The notes below the pieces were generated by a model. The model did no database searches, was not told where the DNA came from, and saw only the letters and a list, made by a program, of their open reading frames with translations. DNA of 64,000 nucleotides, from NCBI GenBank assembly GCA_035510735.1, contig DATKGN010000004.1, forward strand, positions 177,039 through 241,038, given 5' to 3'. Both the position numbers and the translations under genes were made by a program. This document shows positions 58,462-64,000 of the stretch, in pieces; the first letter of the stretch is position 1; each line of letters begins with the position of its first letter. The DNA comes from Patescibacteria group bacterium. Lineage in GTDB: Bacteria > Patescibacteriota > Microgenomatia > UBA10105 > UBA927.

Positions 58462-59925
58462 TTATTTCAAATCCCGTTTATTTTCGGTTGCACCCGCTCC
58501 TGTGACGACGATAAACTGTCCTTTTCTCTGCATTTCGGCTATTGTGTGGGCGCCGACATAGCTCATGCTGGATCGTAGACCCCCGTCAAAATCAAATAAC
58601 AGTTTTGTGACAGATCCTTTATACGGTGTCGCAATTGCCCGGCCTTCAGGAGTATAGTGAGCTCCGTTTGTCGTGCTGCCGCCGATACTTTTCCGTTTTT
58701 GAAATGCACTGGCTGACGCCATGCCGCGAACGAGTTTTTTGAGCGTTCCATTTTCAAGCATCTGCTCGCCGGGGCTTTCGCGAGTTCCGGCAAAGAGGCT
58801 TCCGATCATAACGCTATTTGCTCCGGCAACGATTGCCTTCGGCAGATCTCCGGGTTCACGAATGCCTCCGTCCGCGACGATCGGGATGGGGTTTCGTTTT
58901 TTTGCCATCATTTCTGCCACTTCCATAATTGCAGTTATCTGAGGGACGCCGACACCTGCGACGTTTCTTGTCTCACATACATACCCGGGTCCGACGCCGA
59001 CTTTTATTCCATCCGCACCATTCTCATAAATATATTTTGCGCCTTCCTCGGTTGCGATATTCCCCGCAATGATGGGTATTTTTATTTTTTCCTTATTTTT
59101 TAGGCGATGGAGCATTTCCGATGTATAGATTAATCCACCATGCGCGATATCCAACACAAGGACATCAACTCCCGCTTCGATAAGCATATGGACGCGGTCA
59201 ATATCGGGAGATTGGACGCCGATGGCAGCTCCGACTAAAAGGCGACCCATTTTATCAAATGATGCCTGCGGATATTGCGTTTGATAGGAAAAATCTTTTA
59301 ATGTATACACTCCGACCAGATGACCCTTCCGGTCAACGACGGGAATTTTCTGAATTCTGTTTGTCTTCATGACATCAATGGCTTTTGCAGTTGGCGTATC
59401 TCGGGTCACGGCAATAACTTTATTTTTGGGTGTCATAACTTTGGCAATCGGGGTCGTGAGTGGTGCTGTCAGAAAATCCCTGGGGGTAGCGATTCCGATA
59501 AATGTGCCGTCAAAATATTCACCGGGATACACAATGACATATCCGCGGTTCCGTTTCGTTTGTAAACTTATAACCTCTGCTATTGTTGTACGCTCACTGA
59601 CGAGCGGCGGATCATCCTCAATCATCCTGACTAAATCTTTTACTTTTTTTACCTCATTGGCCTGTTCTTCAGGCGTCATAAACCGGTGAATAATTCCTAT
59701 GCCTCCGTAGAGTGCCATTGTGATAGCCATACGGTGTTCCGTCACGGTATCCATGTTCGCAGAGAGAATCGGAAGTTTAATTGGCGGGAGACCTTTTGCG
59801 ATAAGTGTCGACGGGTCAAGATGTTCACTGTGACGCGAACGTATGTCGGAAAGTCTGGGTCGTATTAAGACGTCTGAATATGCTAGTCCCTGACCGGTTA
59901 TTTTATCTGGCATAGTTACTCCCAA
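58462..59925 (-). CDS. guaB: inosine-5'-monophosphate dehydrogenase
   Basis: TIM barrel with tandem CBS insert, catalytic loop GVGPGYVCETR, IIAGNIAT, GGIREPGD. Confidence 0.85.
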   Translation of the reverse strand: MGVTMPDKITGQGLAYSDVLIRPRLSDIRSRHSEHLDPSTLIAKGLPPIKLPILSANMDTVTEHRMAITMALYGGIGIIHRFMTPEEQANEVKKVKDLVRMIEDDPPLVSERTTIAEVISLQTKRNRGYVIVYPGEYFDGTFIGIATPRDFLTAPLTTPIAKVMTPKNKVIAVTRDTPTAKAIDVMKTNRIQKIPVVDRKGHLVGVYTLKDFSYQTQYPQASFDKMGRLLVGAAIGVQSPDIDRVHMLIEAGVDVLVLDIAHGGLIYTSEMLHRLKNKEKIKIPIIAGNIATEEGAKYIYENGADGIKVGVGPGYVCETRNVAGVGVPQITAIMEVAEMMAKKRNPIPIVADGGIREPGDLPKAIVAGANSVMIGSLFAGTRESPGEQMLENGTLKKLVRGMASASAFQKRKSIGGSTTNGAHYTPEGRAIATPYKGSVTKLLFDFDGGLRSSMSYVGAHTIAEMQRKGQFIVVTGAGATENKRDLK

Positions 59926-61448
59926 CGCATAGTGGCAGGAGGTTTGGTAGTGATATCATATACTACCCGTGAGATATTGGGAACCTCGTTAACGATTCTT
60001 GATGACATTTTTGCTAAGACTTCATATGGAATCCGCGTCCACTGTGCGGTCATCACATCAATGGAATCAAGTGATCGGATTGCGATAACTTCGGCGAATA
60101 CCCGTCCGTCGCCCTTAACAGCTGTTGAGTATGCGCCGGTCATGACAGCCCAGCATTCAAACACCTTGTCGTACAATCCCGCGTTTTTCATTTCCTCCAC
60201 AACGATGGCGTCTGCCACTTTGATTTGGTCTAAGCGTTTTTCCGTGACCTCACCGCGGATATTGATGGCATATCCCGGGCCCGGCCAGGGCTGTTGTGAT
60301 ACGACGTCATTTGGCAGTCCGGCCAATCTGCCGAGTTCACGTACTTCATCCTTATAAAATTCACGCACCGGTTCCAAAAGTCGGAATTGTAAATCAGCGG
60401 GGAGTCCGCCGACGTTATGATGCGATTTTATTTTTGATGCATGCTTGCTGCCTTTGGATTCTATAACGTCCGAATAGATTGTTCCTTGGGCGAGGAATGT
60501 CGCGTCCGTATGTCGCGAGGCGACTTCGCCGAAGATATCGATGTACAATTTCCCGATGGTTTTTCTCTTTTCTTCTGGATCGGTAATTCCTTGAAGCGCG
60601 GTAAGGAATCTTTTTTTGGCTTCAACAATTTCAAGATTTGCAAAAATAAGTTTTGTAAAAATATATTTGACTCTTGTATCGGTTCCGGGGCGCATCAATC
60701 CTGAATCAACATAGACCGGGATTAAATTTTTTCCGATGGCTTTGCCGATGAGAAATGCAGTGACGGTTGAATCCACGCCTCCTGAGACTGCGCAGATAAC
60801 TTTACTATTACCGACTGTTTCCTTAATTGCGGCAATACTTTTTTTCGGATCAAGCATCAGTGGTGTAAGCGTTTCCTTGCAGACCAAAACGGCAAAGTTT
60901 TTCAATAAATCCAACCCGTATTGAGTATGGTGTGCTTCGGGATGAAATTGTATGCCGAATATTTTTTCTTTCCCGTTTATAACCGCAGCGTATTCAACCT
61001 GTTTAGTGTGTCCGACTGCTGTGAATCCTTTCGGAAGCACAGTTACCGTGTCACCGTGGGACATAATCGCGGAAAATTTCTTTTTGGGTAGGGCAAATAT
61101 ACCGGGTTGTGAATCAAATATAATATCTTCAGGACCGAATTCTTTTTTGGAGTGTTTGACCGTCCCCCCCAACAGGTACGCAATGAGCTGCCACCCGTAG
61201 CAAATGCCCAGTACCGGAATTCCAAGTGAAAATACCCGCTTATCCATGGATAACGATGCGTCATGGCTGATATCGTTCGGGCCGCCCGAGAGAATAATTC
61301 CTTTCGGTTGTTTTTCTTTGATGAAAGGAAGTGCGTCTTCGGGGTTAACGTAGGAGACGGTAACGCCCAGTTGCCGCAAACGTCGTCCGATTAAATGAGC
61401 GGTCTGCGATCCGAAATCGACAACGACTATCATATATGCATTTGTCAT
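59916..61448 (-). CDS. guaA: GMP synthase (glutamine-hydrolysing)
   Basis: GATase N-domain (IVVVDFGSQ, catalytic C in GICYGWQ). ATP-PPase SGGVDS. C-terminal dimerisation domain ending PATMRWE. An alternative start at Met6 (61433) has better RBS spacing. Confidence 0.9.
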   Translation of the reverse strand: MTNAYMIVVVDFGSQTAHLIGRRLRQLGVTVSYVNPEDALPFIKEKQPKGIILSGGPNDISHDASLSMDKRVFSLGIPVLGICYGWQLIAYLLGGTVKHSKKEFGPEDIIFDSQPGIFALPKKKFSAIMSHGDTVTVLPKGFTAVGHTKQVEYAAVINGKEKIFGIQFHPEAHHTQYGLDLLKNFAVLVCKETLTPLMLDPKKSIAAIKETVGNSKVICAVSGGVDSTVTAFLIGKAIGKNLIPVYVDSGLMRPGTDTRVKYIFTKLIFANLEIVEAKKRFLTALQGITDPEEKRKTIGKLYIDIFGEVASRHTDATFLAQGTIYSDVIESKGSKHASKIKSHHNVGGLPADLQFRLLEPVREFYKDEVRELGRLAGLPNDVVSQQPWPGPGYAINIRGEVTEKRLDQIKVADAIVVEEMKNAGLYDKVFECWAVMTGAYSTAVKGDGRVFAEVIAIRSLDSIDVMTAQWTRIPYEVLAKMSSRIVNEVPNISRVVYDITTKPPATMRWE

Positions 61449-61467
61449 CCCCGACTTGATCGGGGAT
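61447..61467 (-). promoter_or_regulatory. 8-bp perfect stem-loop overlapping guaA RBS/start region
   Basis: ATCCCCGA-CTTGA-TCGGGGAT. The GGGGA purine tract of the 3' arm is the only Shine-Dalgarno-like sequence before the guaA start codons. Confidence 0.35.
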
Positions 61468-61512
61468 CCATTCTAAAACCGATTCCCGCACCAGCGGAAA
61501 TGACATTAATTG

Positions 61513-62136
61513 CTACTCTGCAAGTGCTACACTATCACCTTTTCCTATTTTTTCAACCCTTACACATGAAAACGTCTTGACACCGAGCGTTGCGACGTAC
61601 TCGAGTCCTCCCTGAAAAATTTTATCAAACATTACAGCATATCCCGCGACATTGACCCCGCGTTTCTGAAGACCGCTGACGATATGGTACCCGGTTTCGC
61701 CGGTTGCGCAGACATCATCAAGGAGGAGCACATGGTCTCCCTTTTGGACAAATGATAAATTGATGCCGGAAAACACTGTGAGAAAATCACCGCTTGTCGT
61801 GAACGACCGGATTTCTTCGCGATAAACATCTTTCCAAGTTGTGGGAATATTCTGATCTTTCCGCGAACTGTGGAGCCGGACATTGTCTCCAAGTTCCAGC
61901 GCAACGGCCGTTGCCAGATAATTTCCGGAGTGGGGGATACCGTGGACGATATCAACCTTATCGTTTTTAAATTCGTTGGCAATGATTTTGGCGGCAGCCC
62001 GAAGGACTCCTGCCTTCATCCGTAAATTAAACGAGGAAACGGAAATGTAGCCGCGGTCGGGGTCTAGAACTTTTGCATCACGCAAAAATTCACTTTTGAG
62101 GTAGGCAAGCTCGCTTTGAAGGGCCGTTGCCGTCAT
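61513..62136 (-). CDS. type I phosphoribosyltransferase (purine salvage PRTase-like)
   Basis: PRPP-binding motif VLLLDDVCATGET. Confidence 0.7.
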   Translation of the reverse strand: MTATALQSELAYLKSEFLRDAKVLDPDRGYISVSSFNLRMKAGVLRAAAKIIANEFKNDKVDIVHGIPHSGNYLATAVALELGDNVRLHSSRKDQNIPTTWKDVYREEIRSFTTSGDFLTVFSGINLSFVQKGDHVLLLDDVCATGETGYHIVSGLQKRGVNVAGYAVMFDKIFQGGLEYVATLGVKTFSCVRVEKIGKGDSVALAE

Positions 62137-62169
62137 ACGCTATTATATCACTTAGAGATAAATCAATGA

Positions 62170-62598
62170 TTATCCCGTTGTACTCAAACCATTTATGATT
62201 TGAAAAGCTGGCCGATCGCTTGTTTGAAAGATAGTTGTTGGGATGGAGTCGCCCACGTAAATATTTCGATCGACTGGTTTCCAACCTTCTCCAGGCTCAA
62301 TGCCCACCGGGCCTGTAAATATTATGCCTGCGTAATTTACAAATTGAACCCGTTCATCGTAAACATAAATAATATCCTCACCAAGTAGTATGTAACGGTT
62401 TTCTGTCAGAGGAGTATTAGGTTTTTCATGAATTTCTGCAACGTGGGAAAAATCGTCAATGACAACATCCTGTGGCCCTCGGCCAAGTGTCGTATGATGA
62501 ATACGACCATCGTTTTCAATTCTTCCGTGAAGAGTATTTTTAACTTCACCGTTCGGTCCTGGAACTATTAAACAAACCTCAACACTAGCTATTGCCAT
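62170..62598 (-). CDS. small hypothetical protein, possible dCTP-deaminase/dUTPase-like beta-barrel
   Basis: GAAAGGAA RBS before the Met at 62598 (MAIASVEV). The block GIIFTGPVGIEPGEGW weakly resembles the r-IDPGW-G motif of the Dcd/dUTPase superfamily. ORF opens at 62715. Confidence 0.35.
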   Translation of the reverse strand: MAIASVEVCLIVPGPNGEVKNTLHGRIENDGRIHHTTLGRGPQDVVIDDFSHVAEIHEKPNTPLTENRYILLGEDIIYVYDERVQFVNYAGIIFTGPVGIEPGEGWKPVDRNIYVGDSIPTTIFQTSDRPAFQIINGLSTTG

Positions 62599-62648
62599 AT
62601 AATTCCTTTCTTCGCCAATAACATATTTATTATTTGACCCCACACCAT

Positions 62649-62819
62649 CCTTACCTCCCGATCGTGCTCTACGTGCACGCGTCGGAGGGGTGGAGGTAGC
62701 GGGGTTGATCGGCAACTAAACTCATGAATAGGAATTCATTCGTTAATTTGCCATCAAAAATAGGGCGCTGAGCAAGCCCTAATAATTTTGTTATACATTA
62801 CAAGGGATCAATCGTCAAG
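62649..62819 (-). repeat. structured intergenic module, copy 1 (promoter-like TTGACG-17-TATAAC, hairpin + U-run, long-range stem, CCTTACCT box)
   Basis: About 75-80% identical to 63427..63591 with conserved blocks CAATCGTCAAG, TTATACA, AGGGCGCT..AAGCCCT, TTGATGGCAAATTAACG, GAGTTTAGTTGCCGATCAA and AGGTAAGG (minus-strand sense). Confidence 0.6.
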
Positions 62820-62826
62820 TCGAAAA

Positions 62827-63369
62827 TTATAATTGTATTCCAGCTTCAAATACTACAACTACTCTTTTAGAAACGACATTTTGATTCTCATCTCGATGAT
62901 AAATGTCTTGTGCAATATTAAAGTATGCAGGAATTAAACTGAATGCCCCTTTGCGTTTGACAATTTCTGGTTTGATCTCTTGCGTTCGGAGTATTGGCTT
63001 AGTCGAATCCGATAATTTTGAAACTACTGTATTTTTCCGACCTTCAATATCTTCATTCGTATTAAATTTTTGTTGTATCCAATCCGTTGGCTCAGTAACA
63101 ATTAAACCTCCATGGCGGTCAGGTTTTATTGTAATATTAGAATCCGTTAACGTGATTATGGCGTCACCAACTAATTGATTTGCATTAGGAATTGAAGCTA
63201 TCATAGCGCCCTCACATCCATCATATAACTCATTATCTAGGTAATGAAATGTACCATTTCCGTCAAGCAAGCCCTCTAAGTCTTGTACGGATGGAGTTTC
63301 TCCATGAAGCTTCGTAATATGCAGTGTGGCACGTATACCAATTATGTTACCCAGCTCAATGTTATCCAT
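62827..63369 (-). CDS. small hypothetical protein, dCTP-deaminase/dUTPase-superfamily-like
   Basis: AAAGGAG RBS before the ATG at 63369 (MDNIELG). ITIKPDRHGGLIVTEPTDW parallels the Dcd/dUTPase motif r-IDPGW-G-ivLE. Distant paralog of 62170..62598. Confidence 0.4.
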   Translation of the reverse strand: MDNIELGNIIGIRATLHITKLHGETPSVQDLEGLLDGNGTFHYLDNELYDGCEGAMIASIPNANQLVGDAIITLTDSNITIKPDRHGGLIVTEPTDWIQQKFNTNEDIEGRKNTVVSKLSDSTKPILRTQEIKPEIVKRKGAFSLIPAYFNIAQDIYHRDENQNVVSKRVVVVFEAGIQL

Positions 63370-63426
63370 AATGAACTCCTTTAATGCGCCGGGAAAATAT
63401 CTATATCCGCCGTATCTTAGCACTCG

Positions 63427-63591
63427 CCTTACCTACTATTCGTAGCGCGGCTCGTGCAGCGATTATTGGCGGATTGATCGGCAACTAAACTCTCCTTCGA
63501 CTTCGCTCAGGATCGTTAATTTGCCATCAAAAAAGGGCGCTAAATAAGCCCTATTAAATTTCTTATACACGACAAGAGAGCAATCGTCAAG
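63427..63591 (-). repeat. structured intergenic module, copy 2
   Basis: Same block order as copy 1. Promoter-like TTGACG-17-TATAAG, hairpin AGGGCGCT-AAATAA-GCCCT plus U-run, long-range stem TTGATGGCAA/TTGCCGATCAA. Confidence 0.6.
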
Positions 63592-63684
63592 AGTGAAACA
63601 GTTGTCATTTCCGCGAAGGCGGGAATCTTGTTGTTGAAGAGTGGATCATCGGGTCAAGCCCGATGATGACATAGAACCAAGAAT

Positions 63685-64000
63685 TTACTTCACGTAAAAT
63701 TTTTTGACGAAGGATATTTGTTCTTTCGTGAAATGAAGGTTTTCAAGAAATTTATTAATTTCTGTATTTGATTTTCCCTCTTTGTGCATACTATTAAATA
63801 TATTTAATATCATTTCCGAGGGCTCATAGGGAAATGATATCCATGCTGAAGTAGTCTTAGCAAAGTAATCGGGTTTATAAACAGAGTGCGGTTTGTAATA
63901 GAGAGTTAAGGTATAGATTTTTTTCGGGGTAAACATTTTAAGATACTCGATCGCGCGAACCATTGTGTTGCCCCGATCAGCAACATCGTCCACCAATAGT
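63685..64000 (-). CDS. phosphoribosyltransferase-domain protein (5' end beyond window)
   Basis: PRPP-binding motif VDDVADRGNT near the N-terminal end of the visible part. The ORF runs off the window edge. Confidence 0.5.
   Translation of the reverse strand, partial: LLVDDVADRGNTMVRAIEYLKMFTPKKIYTLTLYYKPHSVYKPDYFAKTTSAWISFPYEPSEMILNIFNSMHKEGKSNTEINKFLENLHFTKEQISFVKKFYVK

Noticed and set aside
1-64000. CRISPR arrays, tRNA/rRNA genes, transposases/integrases
   Set aside because: No short regular direct repeats with spacers, no cloverleaf-like GC-rich 70-90 nt segments, and no DDE/tyrosine recombinase motifs were seen in any frame.

Overview
This 64 kb window is coding-dense bacterial DNA with about 65 genes, many overlapping by 1-30 nt. 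No rRNA, tRNA, CRISPR array or obvious transposase was seen. Several features point to an uncultivated, small-genome lineage (CPR/Patescibacteria-like is a guess): an eukaryote/cyanobacteria-style RRM RNA-binding protein, a membrane sortase with a surface substrate, a compact type IV pilus locus, archaeal-type PurP enzymes, and multi-domain gene fusions. In order, the window holds: (1) two overlapping hypothetical ORFs and a standalone LigD 3'-phosphoesterase domain protein; (2) a DUF3494 (ice-binding-like) beta-helix surface protein with an LPXTG-like tail, followed directly by a sortase whose membrane anchor lies upstream of any canonical start codon; (3) housekeeping genes: DEAD-box helicase, S51 peptidase, DUF421, LOG, DsbA, ATP-grasp, EamA, ABC exporter; (4) an mntR-mntH manganese module with a palindromic operator candidate; (5) queA, two tandem GH130 glycoside phosphorylase/hydrolase genes (one double-domain) and a PLP enzyme; (6) a type IV pilus locus with pilB, pilC, five prepilin-like genes including an 827-aa giant pilin-like protein, and the major pilin; (7) uppP, an RRM protein with a structured 5' leader, a YkuK-like protein, a cupredoxin-like protein, two tandem class A PBPs, sodA, a PP2C phosphatase and a GapN-like aldehyde dehydrogenase; (8) a roughly 15.5 kb, near pathway-ordered de novo purine operon on the minus strand (purF, HAD-like, purN-like, pfkB-purD fusion, purS-purL fusion, purQ, two archaeal-type purP paralogs, purB, purE, purC, purM) with no purH; (9) purA, a purine nucleoside phosphorylase, guaB, guaA and phosphoribosyltransferases; (10) at the 3' end, two small divergent paralogous genes, each preceded by a roughly 170 bp duplicated structured intergenic module. 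The most novel-looking items are the PurP-based, fusion-rich purine operon, the duplicated leader module, and the surface-protein/sortase pair with a non-canonical start.
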